Of a stretch of 64,000 nt of DNA, positions 50,899 to 62,619 are shown piece by piece. The notes below the pieces were generated by a model. It had not been told where the DNA came from. It saw only the letters and a program-made list of their open reading frames with translations, and searched no databases. This stretch comes from Psammoneis japonica (Eukaryota), in contig QPGO01000019.1 in the NCBI GenBank assembly GCA_008632985.1, forward strand, positions 372,001 through 436,000, given 5' to 3'. A program made the position numbers and the translations under genes. The first letter of the stretch is position 1, and each line of letters opens with the position of its first letter.

Positions 50899-52110
50899 CT
50901 AGTTGGACTGCTCAGTTTTTGGTTGTCTCGGCGAAACATCGTTCCGCTGCGACCTGCTCAACAACGACGTCTCAGTAGCTCGACAAATCATCAAAAACGA
51001 ATCAAGCACACTAAGACGCGTCAAATGGTGGTAATTTGTTGAGCCACTGAACCGAATTGACGAAGAAATGACGATTTGCAGTGACGCCTTCATGTCTTCG
51101 TCGACACGACAAATGATGATGCCATGCACGATCGATGGAAGGCAGATGGAACATTGGCTCCGACATGTTCAACTTCACGGTTGACTTGATGACTCTCTAT
51201 CATCATGCAAGGTGGGAACTTTTTGCAGTGCGATGTCTCAAAACATGAACTTTGCTGCGTGCCCTCACTCAATTTGTGCACGTTGAGTGAAGAGCAAATT
51301 GACATTTGGGCCAATGGCATGGCCCCCATTGACAAGGTTCTCCTGAACGTGCCACCAAGAAGTGCACCTCTTCCGGGGCAGCTGAAGCAGGTGGCAATGA
51401 GGAGTGAGAAATGAAGTTTTTGCTGGTTTTGCTGGTTGCGACTGCAGTGAGTTTTGTCTGTGGAATGTTGGCATTGTTTGCATTGCTGCAGTTTGGTTTG
51501 TCTGGTTAAAGAACCATCTGAGGGTGGGCAAACAAACAGAGTTCATGGTTGCATCTTGCTTGATGCAGTGCTGTAAGGTTCCAAATGACATTGGAAGCAT
51601 CAGAGCAAACTGCATCATCAAAAGCAAAGTCATGGGCCGCTCGTCACTTGGTGCAGTCGTAGTTCGAGAATGCTGTTCACCACCACATGCCACACTCGGT
51701 TTGTCACAAGCAATTCATGCTGGATGGATTTGATCTGTGCCACATGCTCAATGACAAGACTAGCTGCTCAAGCTTGATGAGAAGAAGCATTTCAAGTTCA
51801 GAGTTGATCTTGAGCTCCATGCCCAAGGGCTCCAACCAGGAGATTTGCTGCTGTGTTAAAAACCATTCTCCTGAAACAATGCGAGGAATTAAAAGGAACG
51901 AGTGTCAGCAGCAGGATTGGCATCAATGCAAAAAGTTCTTTGAAAAAATTTCATCCTCTGTGTCCACTGACATTCAATGTGCAGTGCTGAACAATGCACA
52001 ATCCTCTTCTGCCTGCACTTGCCTTGTTGCTGCCGTGTTGTCGATGGTGGCGATTTAGTCTCTTGGTGATTGTGCCCGTTGCTCATCATCTTCTCCTCAT
52101 GTCGTTGCAT
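50899..52110 (-). pseudogene. Degraded host-type gene, possibly SGNH/PC-esterase-like
   Basis: Frame fragments NSSHCFRRMVFNTAANLLVG, DASNVIWN..LHQ and terminal NYHHLTRLSVLDSFLMIC. Frameshifted, and TpA-depleted except at its 3' end. Confidence 0.3.
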
Positions 52111-52441
52111 TGAGCATTGTTGGGTTGATTGATGAGTGATGACAGCACGAGAGTGAAGCCGACATTTTAGTTGGCAGAAAATTTACATTGAACATTCATT
52201 TTGAATGCACTCTCATGATGGGGTCTTTCAGCACAAAGTTGGAGCCAAGGGATTGTACACTAAAGTCTGGGAGCACAGCAAACGGAAGACAAACAGAACG
52301 CCAGTGCATTTTCTGTGCACTGTGACTTCCGGGTTCTTGCCGACTGTCGTGTGGAGTGCAAGTCACGATTGGTGAGTCGTGGGCAAAAATGTCTGAAATC
52401 TGTCCTTTTGAGAACGAAACAACACGGTGAAGCACGGGGCA

Positions 52442-52604
52442 CCATGGCACTCTTTGGATGCCATCATCTCAAAATCTAATGGGGCACACGACTGTGTCTT
52501 GAGCGCAACTCAGCTTTGTAGATAAAATTGTGCCCATGTGGCCATGCGACGCTTTCACGCACCCCATTAGATTTTGAGATCATGGCGTCCAAAGAGCGCC
52601 ATGG
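52442..52604. repeat. 43-bp inverted repeat with 77-bp spacer
   Basis: ccatggcactctttggatgccatcatctcaaaatctaatgggg / ccccattagattttgagatcatggcgtccaaagagcgccatgg; 3 mismatches. Confidence 0.88.
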
Positions 52605-53298
52605 CGTGAAGTGATTTTGATGTTTTCTGGCTCAGCAGAGATTTCCTTGTAGAAATCCAGTGCAATCACACGCAGAAATTCAAAAATCTCTCGGGTGCAC
52701 ATCACAAACTGTTGCTTTTCAACAACATTGCTGTTCATCAACGTTTGGGGTGTTGAATGATGGGAGATGGGAGCGAAAGGTCCAGTGCTCATGGATGACA
52801 CTTCCTCAAGTGGACAAATGAAAAGCTGTTGGTTTGAACGTCCTTTACATGCGATTGTCATTTTTTACAACATTGTCAAGACTGTTCTTTCTCTGAATGT
52901 CACAGCAGCAAGCACACCAACACATGTGCACACACTTGGAGACAAATGGGATGCTTCACCCCCACTCAGCCAAGTTGAGCTTGGAAGCTCCCTTTTTGTT
53001 GCCAGACATGAACCTTCTTCTTCAACAACCTTGCTTGCATGCTGTCGAACTGCAATGTGCAGCACCCACTGGTTCAGTGTCATCATCATCGATGCATCGC
53101 GACCCCTTGCACAAAACACATCTTGCAATGACAAGGTGGACGCGCTGCGCCCGCGTTGTCAGGAGCAAGTGCTGCTCCGATTGACGCATCATTTGCTCAT
53201 TTCAACCACAGTGAAGTTCAACATTCTTGAGCACTTCTAAACAAACTTGACGGATTGCCATCCACGAGTCGAATGGGTTGAGCAACACTGGCACGAAC

Positions 53299-53694
53299 GA
53301 CGCGTTCCAGACGCAGGTGGGAATCCGTGTGACATTGGGCCCGCAGACTTCTACGTGTGAGTTCCGCAGTAAAATCATGCGGTGATTAAAGTGTCAATGA
53401 TCGCCAACAGAAAATGAGGCAATTTTGCGAACGCACAAACTCGCCCATGATTGAAGCACATCATTTTTTACTTGGCCAGTTGCACTCTTCAGACATTGAA
53501 GAATGCAACTGGCACATTGTTGTTTCTATAAATTTGTCACATAAAACGTCTGGGGCTTCGCAAAACAGCGAGTCTGGACAATTTTTTTTAAATGTCACAC
53601 GTAGAAATCTACATGCGAAACATGCGACGGATGACAAAAATCATTTGTGTCACACGTCAGTGCTGCAAGCTCCCACCCAGGGCTGGAATGCGTC
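53299..53694 (+). mobile_element. ~395-bp MITE, copy B (TSD gaac), nested in the MULE-like element
   Basis: gaac|gacgcgttccagacgcaggtggga ... tcccacccagggctggaatgcgtc|gaac. Confidence 0.85.
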
Positions 53695-54172
53695 GAACGA
53701 ACAAATGTCCAAGACTCATTTGTCCAGCACCATGCTTCGTGGTGTGTCTGTTGCCTTGACCTTCAAACAACCTCTGCCGCATGGAGGACAGCTGAGGATC
53801 ACGGGCGGTGATCTTGCACAGTGCGTTGCTTGTACAAACTTGTCAATGGCACATTCCTTTCCTCCGGCATGCATCAAAAGAAAGACTGATCCAGCTTCCA
53901 ACACCGTCCGTGATGCCAGAAGTGACGTGTGATTTTGAATCGCACAATGGCCACAGCAGCAGAGCAACAACAACGACACGAGCAACAACGGTGCAGACAC
54001 CACACCGGCTTTGTGTCAGTGTGTGTGAAGCTTCACAAGAGTTTTGCGTGTGTGGTGACCACGCAAGATGATGCGAACACAGAATTCCACACGACGATTG
54101 GCGGTCTGTCCAACTGTGCATTGCTCCCAGACTTTAGTGTGCAATCCCTTGTTGGAGCCACAGAGTGCTGCA

Positions 54173-54563
54173 GACGGGCTCCAGTCCCAGGTGGGACTTT
54201 TTGTGACATTTGGCCCGTAGAATTCTACGTGCGAGGTCCGCATTACAAGAATTTAATCAATGGATGTTCATGTCTTCAACATCAAACAAACGACCAAGTT
54301 TGTGGTGCAATTGCGACCATTGCCGCTTGACGTTTTCGGCAATCTGCCTGCCCTGCGCTTATTCTTGGGACATTTGCAAATGGCATAGAAGAAAAAAATG
54401 TCAAAAGTTGTTGGACGGATCGCTCAACAAGTGCACCACAAAATGACACAAAATTTCAGAAAAGTCACGTACCTTTCTACGTGCGCGACACACGGTGCGA
54501 TCCAAAAAACTGTCGACATCACAATTCAGCAGTGCGAGGTCCCACCCAGAGCTGGAACGTGTC
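54173..54563 (+). mobile_element. ~395-bp MITE, copy C (TSD tgca)
   Basis: tgca|gacgggctccagtcccaggtgggac ... gtcccacccagagctggaacgtgtc|tgca. Confidence 0.85.
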
Positions 54564-55168
54564 TGCACTGGAAGTTGCCGCAAACACGGGGAAAGTGTGT
54601 CAGATGTTGCCTGGCATGCCATCACGCGTCTCATGTGACATGGATCAAACAACATGCGCAGGACATTTAAATCGCAGAATCTTTCCGTTGAGAAAAGTCA
54701 AATTTCCTTTTCCAGCTGCATGCGCGCATGTTCACATGAACAATTCTTCAATGCCAATCGCACTCAAATCTTCAAATTTAGAGATGATTGATGAGTGGAC
54801 CCCGCAGTCGAATTCTCCATGCCCGAAAACATGGGAACCGACACTTCATCTGCTGAAAAAGTCCCGCTGGTTGTTCTGGTGGCATCTAAAATGTGCTTGC
54901 ATTTTCGCGCAATTTTTCACCGATTTCTCCCTCCACCATGGCGGACCCTGTGGCTGCCCCCACCGGGGAAGGACATTCACTCCAGCAACCTTGGACGCCT
55001 GACAACATTGTCAGGGAAATGCCAGATGTGTCAGAATTGCTTGGAGCGGGAACAGACATGTGTTTTGCCTGTTGAAGACATGCCGCGAAACCCGGCACCA
55101 CAGTCTGCTCCCGAAGCACCCTCTGTTCCAGTGCTTCCCCCTTCCCAAGTCTTCCTGAGCAGCCACCA

Positions 55169-55354
55169 GTGGCCAGAGAGCTTGAATGTGACTCAGCTTG
55201 TCCTGCAAGGCATCACAACAAAGACAAGCCTGAAAAATTCCGAGCGGACTTTGTCGTGATGGCGGATGCCCTTCAGCATTTTGTGCTCCATCTTGATGCA
55301 TGCCAAGGGAAGAACCAAAACAACAGCTGCATCAATGAGAGGAACAACCATTAG
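55169..55354 (+). pseudogene. piggyBac (DDE_Tnp_1_7-like) transposase remnant
   Basis: CPARHHNKDKPEKFRADF...FVLHLDACQGKN matches the PxRxYxxxKPxK...xYxGK segment with Y->H/C changes. Confidence 0.65.
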
Positions 55355-55432
55355 AAAGAAATTTCTGCAGCAATCTTGCATCTGTTTCATTGGACAGCAA
55401 AATAAAAACCATTGGAACAGTTGAGGAACGAC

Positions 55433-55797
55433 AAAAAAAAAGTCAAACGTTCTCGGCGACATTGTCCCACATGTTGTCACTGTGCAAAAAGCTGACAGAG
55501 ACTGCTTTCAAATCTTTCATGTGTTCCACCTTGTTTTGTTCAATGCACGATAGAATGCCATTTTCGTTTTGCAACGTGACATGCAATTGAGCAACGAAGT
55601 TGCCAAAACTGACATTGTAAAAAAAAGTCAAACGTTCTCAGCGACATTGTCCTGCATGTTGTTGCTGTGTAAAAAGCTGATAGACTGCTTTCAAATGTTT
55701 CACATGTTCCACCTTGTTTTGTTCAAAGTGTGACAGAGTGCCGTTTTTGTTTCGCGACATGACATGCAATTGAGCAACGAAGTCACCAAAACTGACA
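55433..55797. repeat. Tandem duplication, ~186-bp unit x2
   Basis: aaaaaaaagtcaaacgttctc...gcaattgagcaacgaagt..ccaaaactgaca occurs twice. Confidence 0.9.
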
Positions 55798-56429
55798 CAT
55801 TGTTTGGCATGCATCGTCACAGTCTAATCCATGCTTTCCATTCAGAAGGAGCCCAATGGATTTGCTTTCCAGCATCTTTGTCACTGTCCACAACTGCGGT
55901 GACACCGTTGTCGGTGGGGATGAACGACACAGTCGGAATGGCCGCTTCCAACTTCAGAACCGCTGTCAAATGCAGCCCAGAATGATGCCATAAAATGGCA
56001 GCTTCAGAAAACAAAAGATGAAAAAGCAGTCTGCAGTTGGCGCAACGACAACAGAGACAATGGCAGAACAACATTCAGCGCCAACAAAAGGACACTCACA
56101 CACATCATCACGTGTGTTCTGCTCACTTTCGCTGTCCATGTCAACAGTGAAAAAATCATGCAAATCACGAGCCATTCGGCCGAATTTGAGCTAAAAAAAG
56201 CAGCAACCAACCACTCTCAAGCAAAACGCACAACGATTTTGGCGCGCAACTGCGGGGTCTTTTGGACACGTCGTTGACGATTCCAATCTGCCAGAGGTGT
56301 CGAAACAAAAATGTGCCTTTGGAAAGCTCTAACTCTCCAGACAATCAACATAAACTGTAAAATGTGTGTGTGTTGTTTGCTGCAGGCACTCTTTGACCGT
56401 TGGTGGCGAAAGGCCGAAGGCACAAATGC

Positions 56430-57800
56430 CACCAATTTGGTTGTGATTGAAACAAGTGCAGCAACTGGCCAGCAAAAATGAAACCCTCAATTGCTCACAT
56501 GCGTGTGGATGCTCGCAACACAGCTTCCAATCACTGAATGCACGACACACCCTGAACAGATTTGCCACCATGCCACAACTCCACTCAACTGCAACGCAAA
56601 CACATTTCATTCGAAAATTCTGTAGAATTTGGATTGGTGCAAGTGGGGCACCTTGAGCAGGTCGACATGCCTGTCTGACACATTGCATGGCCATGAACCC
56701 TTTTTCAGTGTATGCTGCATGGACCTTCCCATTTGGAAACCGGCCTTGTTGGAGCTGCAACAAGCAGTTGTCAATGCCGCTGAGTTCTTGAAGCCTTGCA
56801 TCGGCTCTGAGCAGTCAAAAGGGAAAGCAACATTTAGTTTGGGTGTTTTCATGTGACTCATTGGTGCACACAAGGTCGCTGCTTGCCTTCCAGCTGACAC
56901 TGGGCCCCACACAATTGAGACTCCATTTGGCAAGGAGATGTTGAGGACCTTTGTGCCATCCAATTTTTTGTGCTGCATGTGCGCTGACCGCTGCACGTCG
57001 CAGGCGTTTGGCTTTCTAGGTGCATGGACCCAATCTCCAATGGGACCTGTTCCTGGGGTCTCCATCTCAAAGATGGAGCTGTCCATGAATCCAAGCATGT
57101 TGAGCACACCATTCGCAAACCTGCAAACCCAGCACCAAACGCTGCACTTGATTCAATGGACATGTCCAATGTGAAGGTGCAGCTAATTTTCGTTCAATTG
57201 CAGCCGCAAATCGTGGAAAGTCATCCACCCATCGCTCAAGACTGTTTCTGTCCAAGAGGTGCCCAAACCGGTGCTCAGTGTGCCGAAGGAACCAAGGGCA
57301 TCCATGCAACCACCACCTGGCGTTGCCACCAAAGAAACCTTCACACAATCTGACGTTGTCGAGTCCAGTCGCAATCTTTGTCAAAGAAAACAAAAAGAGC
57401 TCTTCACCTCCAAACACATGCATTTCATTGCCGGCTGCTGGAACTCTTGTGGCTTGTGGCAGACCAAAAAGTGCACACAGGCGGTGCACCTGCTCACGGT
57501 CAAACCGTGTGCAAATCCTGAGCCACACATTGGAGCAGTTGTCAATTGGCCTGTGTCTAACTCACTCAAAGCTTGGATCCATTTCAAGCTCTTCTTGGAA
57601 TGGAATGTCAGCAAGGGCTGCATCTTGCCTCACCCAATGATCTGCGAGACGACAACCTGCAACCAAAGCTGTCAACGAGCAAGCCGCACCAAAATTGAAG
57701 GGTTGTTCATCATCCAATTCTTCTCCCAAATCCAAATCTGCAAGGTCATGCTCATGATTGATCAGAAGAAGAAAAATGGCAAGAAATGCCGTCCAATGAA
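56430..57800 (-). pseudogene. PIF/Harbinger (DDE_Tnp_4/HARBI1-like) transposase, frameshifted
   Basis: TRFDREQVHRL, EELFLFSL, GFMDSS...PGTGP and QRSAH..HKKLDGTKV..LPNGVSIVWGPVSA. Confidence 0.75.
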
Positions 57801-58144
57801 TGACTCCTTTCAAGGACATGGACCAAAGCAAATGGCAAGCACGCAACAAAGATTGACCGCCGGCGGGAAGCGCATGATTTCTGCACTGGTGAGAAGTGCA
57901 CCTCGTTGCAGCACGGTGGCGATGTCCATTGTGGCGGTGAGGAGCCCTTGGCATTTCCACTGCAGTTGTTTTGTTCTTTCTCCATTTTTTGTACATGCTG
58001 GTTTTGCAAACGGGAAGCCGCTTTGAACAACCCACACGACATGGTCGCTGCTCTTGTCGCACGACTTCGGAGCTTGCGGCTTCACTTGAAGAGATGATTT
58101 TCTCAAATGGCAGAAAATTTCAACACATTTGCACATGCAGACAG

Positions 58145-58280
58145 ACTTTCCCCTGTTTCCAGGGAAAAGTTTTCACTTTCCCCATTTTCACTTTCCCCGT
58201 TTTTACTTTTCCCGGATTTCTTGGGAAAGTTTGAACTTTTCCCATTTTTGCTTTCCCCGTTTTTTGCTTTCCCCTTTTTT
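58145..58280. repeat. Short degenerate tandem repeat (tttt..ctttcccc)
   Basis: About seven ctttYccc units; probably subterminal to the Harbinger element. Confidence 0.7.
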
Positions 58281-59104
58281 GCACAACGTTGTAGAAATCT
58301 TTTTTGTTGCGACCATTTGTGTTGAGGCTGGACAGATGTTTGGTGCCATTTTTTTAAATGGCTCGTGATTTTTGAATTTCCCCGCACTTCGCCCATGTTA
58401 TTTTGCGAAGCCTCTGAGCACCCCCAAACACATGTGAGAGTGTCCAGGCCCCATCAGGGCTGTCGGACCTTTGTGTGAACTGCACATGTTGACCTTCAAA
58501 CGCCAATTGTCATGCTTGCCTTGGTTGTCACATGCGACAAACCGCCACTTTCCACCAAAATTGGACTGTTGCGGTAGACAAGCCACAACTTTCCAGGAAA
58601 TGCCACAATTGGCGTTTGACTGGCTGTTGGCATGTCTGCAGTTGTCAAGCTACACATCGCGCATGGTCGCAACCGTCACATGTGCATTCTATGTTGTCCT
58701 GCAAAGAGACAAAGTTCGACCTGTCGCTGATTTTTTTTTGGCGAACGCGCGCATCATTGGTGTTACAAATCCGGGTTGTTTTAAACATTTACGAGCTCTA
58801 AATGAAATCGACCACTGAACAACAATCCATCCTTAAAACTGAAACCGTCATTGTAAAAAACATTGTTTTTATTGCGGCAAATCGTTTTTATAAGAACAAA
58901 ACCATTTTTGTCACTTCAACAGTCCCCGCTCGCTCGCATCCACTGTCACCCAGTTTCTCTCTCTCCCCTCTCTTCAACGCTTGTTGTCTGACCATTCTTT
59001 TGTCATCCAGCTGGCTTGTCATTTCAAGAATGATTTGTTTGCTGGCTCTAGAGCACTCTGCAACATGCAGCCCTGCACAAGCGGGGCTCTCACATTTCTC
59101 AGCT

Positions 59105-59500
59105 GACGGGTTCCAGTCCCAGGTGGGACTTTTTGTGACATTGGGCCCGCAGAATTCTACGTGCGAGCTCTGCAGTAAAATTGTCAAGCAATGCACACAT
59201 GAATGATCGCCAACAGAAAAAGAGGCAATTTTGCGAACGTGTCTTCTCCTCCACACTTGAAGCACATTCTTTGCAGCATGCCCGGGTGTGTTCTTTAGTC
59301 ATTAAAGAACACACCCAGTGCATTTTTATTGACGTGGGTGCAGACAACAGAAAGCCTTTGGCTTCGCAAAACAGGCAGTGTGGAACAATTTTTTACAACA
59401 GAGCACGTAGAAATGTGCGTGCAAAACATGCGACGGATGACAAAAAATAATTGTGTCACAGTTCAGCAGTGCGAGGTCCCACCTAGAGCTGGAACACGTC
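59105..59500 (+). mobile_element. ~395-bp MITE, copy D (TSD agct)
   Basis: agct|gacgggttccagtcccaggtgggac ... gtcccacctagagctggaacacgtc|agct. Confidence 0.88.
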
Positions 59501-59511
59501 AGCTCCCCACC

Positions 59512-60520
59512 ATGTCGACAGCTTCTTCTCCTGTCGATTTGTGCTCCTCACCCAAGAATGGTGACGACGGAGCCAACAACAATGTGCCATTGCGCTCTGC
59601 ACTAAAAGCAAAAGCAACGCCTCCGAGCTTCTCTGCTCCAAAGGAGAGGCTGCTCCACTCGTCATCTGAGTCTGACAACGATGAGCTGTTTCGTTCATCT
59701 GGATTGAACGTTGCTCGTCCTGGTGCTTCCGAAAAAGTCAAGAAGGAATCTGCCAGGAAGAAGTGCAATGAAAACTGGATGGAGAAGTGCAACCAAGCAT
59801 GGGATCTGATGGAAACTTCAATGCTTGCGTTGCTTTGCCCGACCAATCCTGTTCATGGCTGGACACTGCAACAGCAGGAGGGAGTCGATGAATGCGATGA
59901 GCATGTGTGCCAAGGCCACTCCCCCGACAATTGGGAAAAGCATTTTGGCACCAGCCATGCCTTGACAAGTGATGGGATTCAACTTGTCTGCCCATCATTG
60001 CTGCCTTCACAGACGCCAAGCGTGACAGTGCCAAGCGTGATGACAAGACGAGGAAGAAACAACATGGTCACTCCAGCGTCGGTGGCATCCACGCGGCTTC
60101 TGCAGTTGCTTGCCCTCCCACCAAGCGCGGCAAAAGCAACAAGTGTAGATTCTCTTTTGCAGCCAATGGGCTTCCATTGAGTTCTGAGTTTCAATGCAAA
60201 ACCTGACTCAATCAGGCATTGTGCCATTCATTCATTGAGTTTGCCAATTGCAAGTTGGAGCATGGAGCATCAGCAAAGAACAGGGGCCACTTTATGGCAG
60301 GCAAGGCGTGGTTGAAAGCTTGCAAGGAAATTCGTCGGGTGAGTGTCCACTGCTTGCATCTCATTGCAGTGTTTTCCAATCTTGTGCTCATGCTGATTTT
60401 GGTCTGCTGTTTTCCACAAGAGCGCAAACCATGTTGATTCAGCGGAAAGTGCCTCTCATCCATCTTGAGTTGGTCCTGAAATGATGGAGCATTTGGCTGT
60501 TTACTTTGGCACAGGTGGCT
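59512..60520 (+). pseudogene. Degraded ORF with helicase-associated (HA)-like repeats
   Basis: KCNENWMEKCNQ...GWTLQQQ and FIEFANCKLEHG...AWLK resemble HA repeats once C is read as Y. Confidence 0.35.
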
Positions 60521-61700
60521 TCCATGAACATGTCTTGCAAATGCAGGCATTGTGCCGGTGGCTTCCCCATGCCATGCTTGACAGCCGGTGCCGCATCTCT
60601 GGCACTTTGCCATTGAAGTTAACTCGAGAACCATCACAGCTGTGCGAGCAACATCATCACACCATTTTGCCAAGCCATTGCAGTGAGATGACATTCCCAC
60701 TCAACATTTTATGAGAAGCTTGCCATTTGCAGTTTAGCATTCCGCAGCTACAATGTTGTGGTCTCCTGCCGTCGCTCCACTGCTGAAGAATTCTTTACAT
60801 GAAATGCTCGAGTGCACTCCATGCATGCTCCAGTGGCTCTAGCCAGCTGCTCTCTAGCAGCAGCTGCCTCTCCACTGGAGTGGCTGCTGCTGGAGCAGAG
60901 AGTGGAGCAGCTGGAGCTTGCTGGCAGCTAAGCTGGTGGCCCCATCTCACAAAGTGCGAGTGCCAAAATCCCATCAGGCAACATGAAAGACTCGTGGCTC
61001 ATGATGGCAACCGTGGCTGAGTTGTTTGTTGTGGTTTCTCCCAAGGGAATGGATGAAGGCCAGGCGTCGCATTAAAAACGAGATTTTTTTTAATGATGGT
61101 TTCAATTTTAACATTGATGGTCGCAATGAAAAGATTTCTACAAAATTGTGTTTTCTACTTTCCCCGTTTTCAGGGGCATGCGTTGAATCATGACCTTGTC
61201 ATTTGGCGCCCATCATGTCAGACGCTTGACGTGCAATTTTGCGGCCCGCATGTGGGCCGCAAAATTCTCATCGCAAATTTTTGCGACCCACATGTGGGCC
61301 ACAAATTTGCCATGCTTCTTAAAACAAAGCTTGTCTTGTTGCTGTTTTTGCGTGGGAAAAAATCAATGTTGTGACAGCAGTGTGGCATCCTGTCATTTGC
61401 TTCACCGTGGTGAAAACCGCAAGCCACAAGCATGCGACGGAAGTGTGCCGGCTCCGTGCTCTCATTGGTGCCATGCTCGCCATGCATTGTGTGGTCAGCA
61501 TCAGATGACAGCATGGAGGCGGAACGCTGCATTTTTGAGAAATGTCGACGATTGCATCATCGTCGTGCTTCGATCGCGGTGCGCGGTGCCGATGTGGGAA
61601 TGTGGACAATTTTTGTGTTCAAAAACAAACACTGACAAATGGCCTTGTTCAAATCGCGTGGCAATTCCAGGACAAATGAGGGGGTGACCCTCTTAAGCAG

Positions 61701-62520
61701 GCGTTGCTTTAGAAGTGATTAGAGTTGTGGGACAATCAATGGCAGTGACATCATCTGCAGAACAAGAGCTTTCTAAAGCTGGTTTTATCATTTCCATGGT
61801 CAGATCCGAATTGGCGCCGAGACATCCAGACGACCCCGCAGCAGCGCCAAAATCGTGGCACGTTTTGCTCAAGCAGGCGTTGCTTTAGAAGCAATTGGAG
61901 TTGTGGGACAATCAATGGCAGTGACATCATCTACAGAGCAAGAGCTTTCCAATGGTGTCTTTGTCATTTCTGTGCCCCTGTCAGATCCGAATCAGCATCG
62001 AGACATCAAGACGACCCCGCAGCTGCGTGCCAAAATCCTGGGGCACGTTTTGCTTAAATGGGCGTTGCTTTAGAAGTGCTCAGAATTGTGGGACAGTCAA
62101 TGGCAGCAAGACACCTGCAGAACAACAGCTTTCCAATGGTGTCTTTTTTATTTCCATGCCCCCAGCAGATCCGAATCAGCATTCATGCATCCAAACGACC
62201 CCGCAGCTGCGCGCCAAATTCCTGTTGCATTTTGCTCAAATGGGCGTTGCTTTAGAAGTGCCCAGAATTGTGGGACAATCAATGGCAACAATTTTGTCTA
62301 CAGAACAAGTGCTTTTCAATGGTGTTGCTTTTGTTTTCATGCCTCAAGCACAACCGAATCAGCGTTCACACATCCAAACGACCCCGCAGTTGCATGCAAA
62401 ATTCCTGGCGTGTTTTCATGAACCAGGCGTTGCTCCAGAAGCACCAACAGCTTTGCAACAATCAATGGCGATGCTTTCACTGCATCTACAGAACGAATGC
62501 TTTCCAATGGTGTCATTTTG
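61701..62520. repeat. ~182-bp tandem repeat, about 4.5 copies
   Basis: Units begin gcgttgctYYagaag at 61701, 61877, 62062, 62244 and 62427. Confidence 0.9.
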
Positions 62521-62619
62521 TTTTCACACCTGATGTACATCCGATCTTGTGGCTTCCTGCAGGTCGAATGCCAAAGTCAGATGAGCCATTGAAAACACGC
62601 TGTTTGACCCAAATGTGAA

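Larger units (their letters stand above)
52247..54150. mobile_element. Non-autonomous MULE-like TIR element with 9-bp TSD
   Basis: TIR aagggattgtacactaaagtctgggagca / tgctcccagactttagtgtgcaatccctt. Perfect 9-bp TSD gttggagcc at 52238-52246 and 54151-54159. Confidence 0.88.

Noticed and set aside
60810..60940. ctcca/gctgc-rich quasi-palindromic patch as a structured RNA
   Set aside because: Low-complexity sequence with no recognisable ncRNA features.
61701..62520. CRISPR array (also considered for 12200-12430 and the 30073/30218 palindromes)
   Set aside because: Whole units are homologous with no unique spacers, there are no cas genes, and the context is eukaryotic.
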